Shown: in pieces, positions 1 through 11,500 of the stretch
How positions within the stretch are numbered: the first letter of the stretch is position 1
How the letters are laid out: each line of letters starts with the position of its first letter
IMG/VR virus record: IMGVR_UViG_3300002220_000233
Length of the DNA stretch: 64,000 nucleotides
Strand: one strand, 5' to 3'
Origin: a virus
Position numbers and translations under genes: made by a program
Notes under the pieces: generated by a model
What the model saw: the letters and a program-made list of their open reading frames with translations, nothing else
The model's database searches: none
What the model was told of the DNA's origin: nothing

Positions 1-178
1 TACTCCGCCTGTCTCGCTGTTCTCTGTTAAGTATGCTGAGCTTGCCAAGGCGGAGGAGCCGGGTGATGCGGGAAATCATCATTACGATTAAGGAGGAAGG
101 CTATGGAAATGGAGCATAAGGTTTATTTTGAACGAGGGTTGACTGTTTCAGGTTTGAGTGCATTCATAAGTCCAAGAG

Positions 179-538
179 GTGCTTTCCCGGAAGCGGTGGA
201 TCGCATGGGGTGCATGGCCTGACTATCAGGTTCGTGTCGAAAGGGGACAAGGGCGCCGTGCAGTTTGTCTTGCACACCGGATGGCTGCCCCAGCGTCAGT
301 CGAAAGATGGGATAGGGTACCGCAGTGTGGACAAGTGGGGGCGGAGAATGGGCGGCTAAAGAAGATTCCGATGAAGTATCGGAGAATGGAATATAACGCC
401 CAGTTGCAAGCCCGTATCCAAGAATTAACCGAGGCCCTATGGGAAGTTCGGCGACTTGACAAACTCTGTCCTGAGACGGATGGGGTGGATATACAAGCGG
501 TAATTGAACAGGTGCTGGGGGAGGTTCAAGATGAGTGA
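179..538 (+). CDS. Hypothetical protein (start uncertain)
   Basis: ORF overlapping the next gene's ATG; weak start. Confidence 0.4.
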   Translation: MLSRKRWIAWGAWPDYQVRVERGQGRRAVCLAHRMAAPASVERWDRVPQCGQVGAENGRLKKIPMKYRRMEYNAQLQARIQELTEALWEVRRLDKLCPETDGVDIQAVIEQVLGEVQDE

Positions 539-800
539 GCGATTCAAGTGCAAAGAATGTTACTACGAGGGGAGTGCCCCATGTCCGGATCATGGAAGCT
601 GTGCGAGCAAGATGAAATTCACAATCAACATAACCACGCATGATCAATGCATCACGCAAATAGTTGAAAGCCGCCATGATGATTGGATGTTGACACATAT
701 GGTGGATGTCCTCAGTCGCACCATGATGGACCTGCGGGAAGAAGGAATTAAGGAAGCTTTGATTGAACTGGGGTGGACACCACCAAAGGAGACTGTATGA
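531..800 (+). CDS. Hypothetical protein with N-terminal Cys motif
   Basis: GGAGG RBS; CKEC..CPDHG. Confidence 0.6.
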   Translation: MSERFKCKECYYEGSAPCPDHGSCASKMKFTINITTHDQCITQIVESRHDDWMLTHMVDVLSRTMMDLREEGIKEALIELGWTPPKETV

Positions 801-1006
801 GCGAGTGTGTTTGGACAGAAGATTCCGAAGGCAACTGGATGACCGGATGCAAAGAGCTCTATGTCATTATCACCGGGACGCCGGAAGAAAACAGGATGAG
901 GTTCTGTGTCTATTGCGGGAAGCCTATCAGGCAGCAGCTGTATAAGGAATCCTACGACTGCCCCATTCACGGCAAGCAAGACACGGAAGATTGCTCAAGG
1001 TGCTAA
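797..1006 (+). CDS. Small Cys-rich phage protein
   Basis: AAGGAG RBS, ATGA coupling; CVW..FCVYCGKPI. Confidence 0.65.
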   Translation: MSECVWTEDSEGNWMTGCKELYVIITGTPEENRMRFCVYCGKPIRQQLYKESYDCPIHGKQDTEDCSRC

Positions 1007-1016
1007 GGAGGGAGAA

Positions 1017-1271
1017 ATGGTAGATAAATGGAAGCCCCGACCATCCGATGTCGAGTGGGCCAGGGACCTTATCCTCATACTCAAGGATGGCGGAGGGTGG
1101 GGAAATTCGTTCGGGATATATAAACTTGATAAAAAGGAAAAGACGCTGATGTTAATTGAGGTGTTTGATGAAAGGTGGAGAGAGACGATCCACGACAGAA
1201 GTATCAAGGTGTTCGCGGAGCTGGGATGGAAAGTGGTGGATGATACGAAGAAAGGAAAGGAGGAGGCATGA
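1017..1271 (+). CDS. Hypothetical protein
   Basis: AAGGAGG RBS, coupled to next ORF. Confidence 0.65.
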   Translation: MVDKWKPRPSDVEWARDLILILKDGGGWGNSFGIYKLDKKEKTLMLIEVFDERWRETIHDRSIKVFAELGWKVVDDTKKGKEEA

Positions 1272-1474
1272 ATAAAAGCATTATGGAAGCGGCGGGGTTC
1301 AGGGAAGAGGTTAAGTTGGTGGAAGATGGAAAGTGTCCGTTCTGCCAGGAGACCATTAACCTGAAGGGGTTCAAAGATGAACTGAGTCTGAAGGAGTACT
1401 ACATTAGTGGCCTCTGCCAAGGTTGCCAGAATGAGATCTTTGGTGGTGGTGATAGCGACCATGCATGGAATTGA
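1268..1474 (+). CDS. Small zinc-finger protein
   Basis: CPFC...GLCQGCQ; strong RBS. Confidence 0.7.
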   Translation: MNKSIMEAAGFREEVKLVEDGKCPFCQETINLKGFKDELSLKEYYISGLCQGCQNEIFGGGDSDHAWN

Positions 1475-1487
1475 AAGGAGAGAACAA

Positions 1488-2078
1488 ATGAGTGACGTGG
1501 TGATTTCTCCCGGCAACTCCAAGCTGGGAAACATCCCGAACGTATCCCTGACGCCGGTAATATCGTGTGGAAGCTTCTGTGATTGCCGTAGTAAGCTTTG
1601 CTATGCCAAGAGGGTATACGCACGGTATCCCAGTGTTAGGAAAGCGTGGGATAACAACCTTACCCTTGCCATCACTGACCAGTTTCACTATTTTTATTGT
1701 ATAAGTGATTGGTTCAAGGCAAAGAGACCGAAGCATTTCCGGTGGCATGTGGGTGGTGATATACTGGGGCAGGGGTACCTTGAATCCATGTTTGTCATTG
1801 CTCAGGATAATCCGGGTACGAAATTTCTATGCTTCACGAAGAGATATCGGTTGGATTATGGTAACAAACCTGATAACCTTAACATTGTATTTTCAGCATG
1901 GCCTCAATTTCCACTTGTCCGCAGCCATCTTGCGCGTAGCTTTCCTGTTGCATGGATGCAGGATGGTACGGAAACGAGGATACCAGACAGTGCGAAGGAG
2001 TGCCCGGGCAAGTGTCACGATTGCCACGAGTGCTGGAACCTTAAACCCGGAGAATCCGTATTCTTCCACAAACACTGA
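1488..2078 (+). CDS. Phage gene product 88 (GP88)-like Cys-rich protein
   Basis: GNSKLG..SL.P..SC...C...CYA, FRWHVGGD, C-terminal CPGKCHDCHECW. Confidence 0.75.
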   Translation: MSDVVISPGNSKLGNIPNVSLTPVISCGSFCDCRSKLCYAKRVYARYPSVRKAWDNNLTLAITDQFHYFYCISDWFKAKRPKHFRWHVGGDILGQGYLESMFVIAQDNPGTKFLCFTKRYRLDYGNKPDNLNIVFSAWPQFPLVRSHLARSFPVAWMQDGTETRIPDSAKECPGKCHDCHECWNLKPGESVFFHKH

Positions 2079-2164
2079 AGGGAGCAGCTGATGGAATTGA
2101 AAATGGTTCTGTTCGGCCTGTTCATTATTGTAATTACCCTTATGATAGCAGCAGGAGGGAAACG

Positions 2165-2461
2165 ATGACAGATGAGCCGGATGGGATAAATGACACAAGT
2201 CGTGATGAGGCGGTCATCACCGTAGAGCAAGTAGCTACGACGGGGGTTAATGAATCAACGGTTGCTTTTATGGAAAAATGTTGTACTATAATCAATTCGT
2301 ATTCAGATGATCTGAAGCCGATTGTCATGATGGCAATCATCAATGCGTGCGCTTACCTTGTTGACTCAGAGGGGAAGCTTGTTGACACGATGGAATGCAT
2401 TGATGATTTCATAATGAAGATGGTACTGCTTGACCTTCACAGTACCAGCATGGACAGCTAA
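2165..2461 (+). CDS. Hypothetical protein
   Basis: GGAGG RBS; last plus-strand ORF before the convergent late operon. Confidence 0.55.
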   Translation: MTDEPDGINDTSRDEAVITVEQVATTGVNESTVAFMEKCCTIINSYSDDLKPIVMMAIINACAYLVDSEGKLVDTMECIDDFIMKMVLLDLHSTSMDS

Positions 2462-2469
2462 ATAGGACG

Positions 2470-2495
2470 ACGGGGGGGGCGTGGTGCTCCCCCGT
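2470..2495. terminator. GC-rich hairpin between convergent transcription units
   Basis: ACGGGGGGGGC-GTGGT-GCTCCCCCGT inverted repeat; U-tract weak. Confidence 0.5.
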
Positions 2496-2530
2496 TACCC
2501 CTATTTGAGTTATTCCTACCTGAGTTACCC

Positions 2531-5500
2531 CTACCTGAACTGATCTTCAAACATCATATATCTCTTATCCATCCTCTGGGGCTTGGGGAATTTCATTATC
2601 GGTATGATACCCCACAGCTGTTCAGGTATAGACTCATTGTACTTTACCATTTCCTCAACGGCATCATCCAGTTCCTTATCCGTGATTGCAAGCTTGATAC
2701 GCTCGCGGATCCTCTCAGCGTCCTGCTTCCATTTTTCCGTCACCAGCGTAAGCGAGTAACGGTCTTCCATGATTTGTCCGTATTCGTATGGCTTAAACCC
2801 CAGCGCCTGTATTGGTATATCAACACCTGTTAACTTTACCGGCTCCAGATCCATGTCGAGAATCTGGTTTTCCCTCCTGGTAGTGGCGCCTCTGGTTGAG
2901 AGACGATAGGCTTTCAATATGTTCTTAAGTGCTGTAGGTGACATGTATTCAAACGATCTCAACCAGTCCCTGTTCTTTGCTTCGTCATAGGATTTTGCCA
3001 GATCGGCTTTGTATCCACTAAACACGCCCATAACGCCTTCGCTGTTCATGAACGGCAGGCTGGGGCGCAATGCTGCGGCGGCATCGATTCCCATGTATCC
3101 GATCAACCCGGACGAATACAGTTTCTGTGCCTGTGAACCAAGCGCTTCCCGAACTGCTTTCTTCGCAGCTTTCCTGAATGGGTATCCAAAAATCTTCTCC
3201 ATCAACTCAAGGAAATCATCGATGAACGGCAGGGCGGGGATGCCTGCGAAGGCAACAAGGTACGCAAACGAACGCGCTGCGAATATAGCCATCGCCGGGC
3301 CGCCGTGGCTCTGCAATACGTAATAGAATGACAGGGCGTAGTTGTGACCGAACGGGCCGAAGGTATACGCAACATTTGCCAGCTTGCTGAACAACCCGGC
3401 GCCCTGTGCCACCGGCGGAAGGTTCCCCTTGCCGTACCAGTAGTGTGTCTTGTTGATGTACTCCTCTATTCTCTTATACTTTTCTTCATCGCTCAACGTT
3501 GAGGTTTTTGGGTTTGAGTTGAGGAACCTATAGTATGCCAGAGCTGCAGACCTGCGGTTGTACTGTTCCATGTTGGCAATCGGAATGGACAGGGCGCGCA
3601 GTGCCTTTTCCCATACCTGTTGCGGGGTGCCGAGTGACTGGTACCGCAGCTCTTCCGAATACCTGGCCATCGTGTACCCATGCACCTTCATATACTCCAG
3701 CATCCTGGATTCTTTATCGGTGAGCACTTTCATGTTGGTAAGGCTGCCGACTATATCTAACATGGCCTTGGTATAGTAACGTTCCGCAGCGGCCAGCCCT
3801 CCCTTGAACCCGCCATACTGCATTTCAATAGCCAGCATCGGAATGGCGGTGATGAAGTTCTGTGTTAACTGCAGCATGGCCATGGACGCTTTGCCCACCA
3901 GAAACCAGTGATACGCCCAACCCTTCGCCGTTCGTACCCACCTGTCACCGGTATCGGATGGACGTAACGTGTTCTCCATGTACGAACGAACCTGGGTTAG
4001 TGTTTGTGTCATGCCTGCGGGTATGGTACGGAGCAGATCCATGTACTCGATGTAGGTTTCAAGCTGGGTGCGCGAGCCCTGATGCCCGAAGATGTACTTC
4101 AGGATGTCGTCCCTGAAGCTGTCGGTGTTGTACCCCATGGCATACTTCTGCTTTTCCCATTGCAGAACCTTGCGTGTGATGCCCGAACGTGACGCCCCGC
4201 GCTCCGCCTTGGTATTGGCAATTTCCTGCAGCACCTCGTCCAGCACCCTGTTGGCCTCGTCCACCGTCAGCTCTCCCGACATCTTCACCTTGTTCACCGC
4301 AATCTGGATGATGCGCTCCATGTTGAAGTCGGATGTCTGGAAGTATTCCTCTGTAGTCTGGCGGGTTGAGCGCGCAACCGGGTGGAATTCAAAGGTCGAG
4401 ACGCCCTCATTCTGCAGTTCCGGCATCTTCTTCAGATAGTCTATCAGCATGTCGCCCTGTGTAATCGTCCTGACGTTGCGGGTGAACACGTTCTCACTGG
4501 CAACATTGCCGTCCTTGTCGGTGAAGTGTCTGCTTACCCTGACGAAGTACTTGCCTTCTCCGTGCACGAACGGAACGTAACCCTCCAGCCCGTTGATCTC
4601 TGCGCGCATCTTGCGCAGGTCGGTGAGTCGCTTCCTCAGGTTGGAGTACGCGCGCTTGATGTCTTTCTTATCCTTGTCGGTCATATCCTTGTTGGCGAGC
4701 GCGACCTTCATTTCCTTGTCGGCCGCTTCCTCCGACGAGTCCATCAACTTCCAGTATACCGATCGCAGCTCCGTAAATGCCACCGGGCTGAGCGACCGTG
4801 CGTATACGGACAGATACCCGATTTCCGCAGACCTGTTGATGAATGGCAGCATTTCCTTCTTGAGATAGCTGCTTACTTGCAGGTAGGCTTTGATCTGCTT
4901 CTCGGAAAGGATCGATTCGCCCTTGTATCTGCGGTCTGCATATATCTTGGCAATGGTTGCCGGATTGCGCAGTTCCTCTCCGGTAAGGTACTTGCTGTTG
5001 AGGGAGCCCCACTCAAGCAGCGGGTAGAGAGGGACCACCTCCCCTTCTTTCAGCGTGACGAAGTCTTCCATCTTGGTCAGTGCGTCATGGTGCATTTCCT
5101 GATCCATCTTGAACTTGTTGTCCTGGAAGGTAGCTATCCATGAATGCCAGGGGTATTTCTTGACAATAGCACCCTCTTGGTTCAGCCGCGCACGGAACTT
5201 CCCCTCAACCCTTTCCACAATCCAGCTGAGTGCCCTGTCCGTGGTAATAGCGGCAGACCATGAGGGCAGCATGGCATGATGCATTGTGGTGGGCATTTCA
5301 AACCCTGCAATGTTGTGCTTGTCCTTCAGCTTCTCCTTGTTGAACGGGTCGAGCAGGATCCGGAACAGCTCCCTGCTGCCCAGCGGATGGCTGGTGCCGA
5401 TCTTGGAGTTTGCCCAGGACAGGATGGAGCGCTCCAGCGGGGGAATGTTCAGGTCCTCCATGATGCGGTTGATGTTGTGTTGTTTGGCAGCGATATTCGG

Positions 5501-8500
5501 GTCGGAAGTCTGGACGTCGGAGGCAACGTCTGTTGGTTTCTCAACTGATGCAACCTCTCCATCCACCCGCACCACCGGCATGCTGAACGCCCTCTCCTCC
5601 AGCCTGAACTGCCTGTCTGGGTGCAGTGCCAGGTTCATCTGCGGCCTGCGTGCGAAGATCCTTCCGCTCCTCGCCTCTTCGAACAACCCTTCCGGCGTCA
5701 TCTGCTGCGACACATGGAACAACCCCCGCAGCTTATGCAGCAGTGTGCGTGCATAGCCCATGATCTTCCTGAACATATCCTGTTCGGGTACGGCAACCTT
5801 GTCTCCCGGGTTCCACCCTTCGTACGCCACGGCTATCCGTTCCAGTGTCTGGCGTAACGTGTCGCCCTTCTGCTGGAACCTGCCGATGAGGTACTGCTGC
5901 TCCGCCTTCGTCATGAAGATATCCATGACCATGTGCAGCATTTCGTGATTCACCACCCGGAACAGCGTCCCAAGGTCGTGCACCTTGGCGATGGTCATCA
6001 GCGGAATGCCCTCAAGCAGCTGGTTCCACCGCACGTCCCACGTTCCCGTGCGCACCATGCCGCTATTGTCCCTCGTCATCTGCACCCTGTCGTTACGGAT
6101 GGTGAATGCGAACCCGTTGGGGAACGACACTGTGAACACGCCCTTTTCCGGATTGGCTATCTCCGCACCGGGAATGGCTTCCTGCAGAAACGCCACCGTC
6201 AGAGGAAGATTACGTTGTGATTCAGTAAACTCGTCCGTTCTCTCTCTGCTTTCCATCGTCGTCATACCGGCCGCATGCATGTCCGCACGAGCCAGTAAAG
6301 TCGCAGCGCTGCGTGCAGCCTCGGCGCCTATCCGCAGGGTAGTTACCTTTGTTTTCGGATCGGTGAGGAACAGCAGTGTCCTGCCATCTTTGTTGACGCG
6401 GGTGTATGAGAGCCCCGTGTTGAGGAAGGTGCCACTCTTCACCGTAGAGTCAGCCCATCTTTCCGGATGCCTGAGCATGCCATTGAGATCCTTGACGCCC
6501 AGTTCCTTTGCCAGCCCATCGAGGAATGTCGGGTCAATCACCCGCTCAATCATGAGGTTCTTGTCCTCGGTGAGGTATGCCCTCCACTTGTAGATACGGT
6601 ATTCCTTGCGCCCCTTGTATCGTGTCAGCGCCAGGATCTGCTTCCTGCTGATCGGCTCCTCCTGCCCGAGCACCTGGGTGGACCGGCTGACCATGTAGTC
6701 CCACACTTCCTGCACCTTCTCATTGGTAAGGCCGTAGAAGTACCTGTCCATCACCATTTCAAAGCGCTTGTACACTATGCTGGAGCGGGAATCCGTCCTC
6801 GTGGGCTTCATCGTACGGAATGTTCGCAGTGCGTTGAGTTCCGCTTTTGGCGCACCGGCTGCCAGCGCCTTGTCGAACATGTACCATCCGGTCCTGTTGG
6901 GGTACGTCCGTTCCTTCTCGCCCGGACGACTGGTCATCCCGGCGATTTGCTCAAACAACTCCTTGCCGGTGTGGTACTTGCCGCCACGGACTTCATATGC
7001 ATACTCAGCCCTGCCTTCCCTGCGCCTGCGTGACTCAAGCGGTTCGGTAAGCAGGTCTTCAAGGGTGGCCGGACGTGTGCCGGTTACCCTGTCCCATAGT
7101 GCACGAATGTAGTCCTTGAGAATGTTCCAGTATTCAGACAGGCGTTCCTGTATACGGAGCGACCATTCGGCAAAGGTACTGTTTGGGCTGGCTTCACGCT
7201 CAACGCGCCCGTAGAATTCAGCAAGGGTAACGGCACGCATGAAAGCATCGTCGGGGATTTCGGACAGATCCACGTCACCGTACTCGCTGGTTGGGGTAAA
7301 GTAGTCACCTCCATCTCCGGCATCTTCCCGCTTGGGTGATTTACCAAGTTCAAGTTGTTCCAACTGTTTACTGAGCGCAACATACTTCTTTGCTATCTTC
7401 TCCAGGCTTGCCTTCTTATCAGCAGCCGCCAACCCTCGGTTGAGCTCGATCTTCTTTGCTTCTTTGATGAGGACTTCAAGCTCCCCATTGATCCTTTCTC
7501 TCTGTTGGGAAATGCTGCGTGTTTCCAGCTCCCTGTCGAGGCCAGGTCGTCTTCCGCCTTCTTCTCCAGGAGATTCGGCATCTTCCGCTGCATCCTCAAT
7601 TACAGCAACTGTCCCCTGCGACAATACCCGGATCGACTCGCTGATGACATCCTTTATCTCCGCTTCGGCATATCCCTTTTCCTTGATATCAAGCCCGACC
7701 TCGACGAACGCACGACCCAACAGCTCCATCATGCCCTTCATCGTCTTCGGCATCCTGTCGAGCTCGGTGCTTGTCTTGCCGGACATCCTTGCCTGCAGCA
7801 TCATGCCTGCGTAGTACGGGATCTCCTTGCCTTGTATCTTCAGATCCTTGAGGAAGACACCGGCTTTCTTCAGCTGCTCACGGATGTACAGCGGAAACTC
7901 ATCCTTGGTCAGCACGTTATCCGTGGTCCACTGGAATATCTTCACCTTCTTGGCGGTGATCTTCCTTCCCTTCTGGATTTGCTCCTCTGTCCGCTTTCTT
8001 GCTTCCGCTTCCTTGAGCTCCGGCCCGGTTACAATCTCCTTGCCGCCGAGGAACAACACCAGCTCGTCGTAGAATCCACGCTCCAGCCCAGGCCTGCCCT
8101 GGTTGGAATAGATGTTGCGCAGCGCCCATTCAATGATGGCGGCCTCGGCATACAGCTGGCGGAAGTCAACGTTCTCGGGGGCGTTGTCGACCTTCGCTTC
8201 GCCCGGCTTCTCTTTCGTCAGGCCACGGGCCGCCAACTCCTGATCCTCTATCTTCCTTGCATACAGCCTGTCGACAGACTTCTTGGATATGGATGTAACC
8301 TGGGTTGCGGCAACGATGCGGGATATCCGCTTGGAGTTCATGTACTTCACGCCTTCCAGCAGCTGTTCGCGCAGTGCCGTGCCATACGCATGCACTATCT
8401 TGATGAGCCGGAACGTCTTGTCGTCCGCTGTTCCGAGGCTGTCATTCTTTGTGGCAAACGCAAGCACCTCCAACACGAACTTGTTGGCGTCGCCCTTACC

Positions 8501-11500
8501 GAGCACGAGGTTCTGCTGTGCCTGTTTTCGTTGCAGCGCCCATCTGTTCCCCGGTCTGTAGATAAGCTTGTTACCTGTCTCCTTCCCGTCAATTACCTCG
8601 TTGTATATGCCGATGTCCTTGCCGCCAGGACGGGAGTTGAGCAATTTCTCTACCTCAACAGCGAATGCGATGTCGGGATACTTGTGCTGCTCTTCGTTCT
8701 CTATCCTCTTCGACCGCTCACGGACGTCAACACGGAAGTTCTTCCACTTGGGCTCGCGCATCTGCTGCCGCACAAGGATGATATTCGCCGCCTCTTCTTC
8801 CGCTTCACGGATCTTCTGGAGGACCTTCTCAGCTTCCACCTTGTAGTTCTTCTTCTTCATCGCGGCGCGCAGCTGGTCGAGCAGCTTTTCCATACCGGCA
8901 AGCGGCGGGAATGATTCAACGGAGCCGATTACCTGGCGTTTTACCAGTTCGTCATGCAGCGCTTTCTGCTGCCCGGTAACGTATGTAAGCAGGCCTTTCC
9001 ATCCGCCCCACTTTTCCATGATTTCCTTATTGTCTATCATAAGCTGTGCGTGTTCGGCGATGTCAGGATTCTGCCGCATGCGGCCTTCGTTCTTGATGTA
9101 CTTTTTGTAGTCGTCGGCAGCCTCGCGGTATGCGTTCTTTATGGTGTCGATGGTCTCCTGAGCCGCCTTGATCTTTGCCAGGTTCGGCTTAACGTCCTCG
9201 CCTTTCTTCTTCTTCTTGGCAACTTTGAGAGCGTTTTCCTTGACAATCTGCTGCGCTTCCTTGATCTGGGCAACGTGCTCGGGGAACATGCCACTGCCGT
9301 CCTTCAGCAATGCCGCCTGCTTGAGCTCGGATATGAGGTTTGCGTTCTCCATCTGCCATTTCCACGGCACCATGTCTACCCAGACTTCTTTTTCAACGAA
9401 TGGCTCAAGCTTGGTGATCTTCGTCCCCTTGCTGAAGACCAGCTTGCGGTCCTTGTATTCCCACTCCTTGCTTTTTTTGTTGTAGAACCATCCGGTCTTG
9501 GCCCATATTGCGAACACAACTTTGTCGAATGTCGATATGGAGGCTATCTTCTTGTCGGTGAGTCCCCACCTCGTCAACCACTGGTTGGCATTGGCGATAG
9601 TGGACTTCAGTTCATCAAAGACGATCTCCTTGCCGGTTTCCTTGTCGACGATCTTTTCCTGTGCAGGGGTAGACGGCGCAAGGGTGAATTCAACCTGGTA
9701 TATCGTCTTGTTCTTAATGGCCTGCTTGCTCTTGGCGAAGAACGTCTTGCCCCACGCTGTCGACCATCCTTCCTTGCTGCTCCACTCTGTAAGGAATTTG
9801 GCGTCCTTAGCCATCTTGTCGGTTATCAGGGTGACCTTCGTGACGACGACATTGACTGATTCCTTGCCAGCTCTGTAGAACTCTATGGTATCGCCAGCCT
9901 TGGGACGTTTTGACCAGGAACGTGTGGTGGACGTGCGCTTGCCCTCACGGATGAGATCGATTGTGGTGGTGGGCTTGCCGTGGATGTTGTCCTTCTTCGG
10001 CATGTCGTACTTCATCGCGGCGCGCTGGGATGATTTTGCTGGAGCGGCCGGAACAACATCACCCGACTTTTTACTGCTCAATGCTTCAACAAGCACATCC
10101 GTAACAAACTTTTCTATGCCTTTCTGTGAAGTCTCCCTGTGCCCGGCAATGTTGATTGTTTTTGCACCTGTTTTAGTGAGGAATGCACGTACCATTTCCA
10201 CTGCGTTCTTGAAGTTCTTCGTCCCAATCACAGCAACAGGCTTTTCCCCATCATAAGTAGTCACCATCCTACCGTTCTGCCATTTGCCCGTCTGCGCGTA
10301 ACCAACCGTTTTTTCCGTACCGACGCTAGCCCCCCAGAAGAACGCAATTGTGGCCTCAGCATCGTCAACATTCTTCATGCTGCGTGACGGGTATCCCTCT
10401 TTGTCATGTTCAGTAAGCCCATATTTCTTCAGATCTTTATTCGCCCCGGCTTCTGTCTTCCATCCCTTCGGTGCGGTTCCTCCCGTGACAAGCCCCAGCT
10501 TCTTGCCAGCAACAAGCGCTCCAATATCAGCACCAGTCTGACCTCCAGAAATTATTTTCACGCGAAATGGACTTCGTTGTGACACTTCTTCTTCGGCAGC
10601 CGGGACACCAGCCGGAATCTCTCCCGCCTTCTTGATCCCACGCATTATTGCAACAACACGCTGCATCGTTCTCTTTGCTATCGCAAGCATGGTCTGCTTC
10701 GTCGTTTCAGCCATCGGCTCCGCAGGGATCTCAAACGTTTCCTTTTCCTTGAGCGCCTCCTGCTTCTTCTGCAGCTCCTCCATGGAGTGTATCACGGTGT
10801 TGGGAGCAGACTGGGTATTGCGCATCTGCTCCTCACCCTTGATGGCCCACAGCTGCTCCACCTTCTTCTGGCGTACCTCAGCCTCAGCTGCCTGTTTTTG
10901 TTTCAGCCCTTCGGCAATCTGTTTAAGGACTCCCTTATCCTCTTCGCTCAGCTGGTATTCCTCAACCCTTACTTCCTTCGGAGCAATGCTTTCAATCGGC
11001 ACCGTGACAGCCTTGCCCTCTTCCATCCAGCCCGCACTCATGTCCATGACTGCACTGACAATGGCATTAACGTGCTTTTCAATATCATCCACTTCGGTAA
11101 TCGGAGTGCCGGGGATTCCACGCTCAATCAGCGCGTCGATGTCTTCATCCATCCGCACTTCGGTTTCTCTCGTCACAGCTGGAGCCTTCAGCAGTTCAGC
11201 GATCTTCCCTTTTATCTTGCCGGGATGAGCGAGATACAAAATGTCGGAGGGGAGCTCTGCGTCTCCACGCAGGTACTTGGTGATTGCGGATTGGCTGCGG
11301 ATAAGCTCGCCCTGCAGGAAGTTGACCACCTTGGCCATGCGGCGCTGTTCCGGTGTCTCCTGATAAGGATTCATGTACCGTGCTGAGAATACGCGCTTGT
11401 AGACGGCATCTATCAACCTCTGGATGGGCTCTCCCGGAGCGCGAACAACCGGTGCCTCAACGATATCTGTAACTGTGTCATATGCACGCCGCTTTGACGG

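Noticed and set aside
103..538. Programmed frameshift joining the RBS-led ORF at 103-222 with ORF 179-538
   Set aside because: No clear slippery site or homologue evidence; could be two small ORFs or a sequencing error
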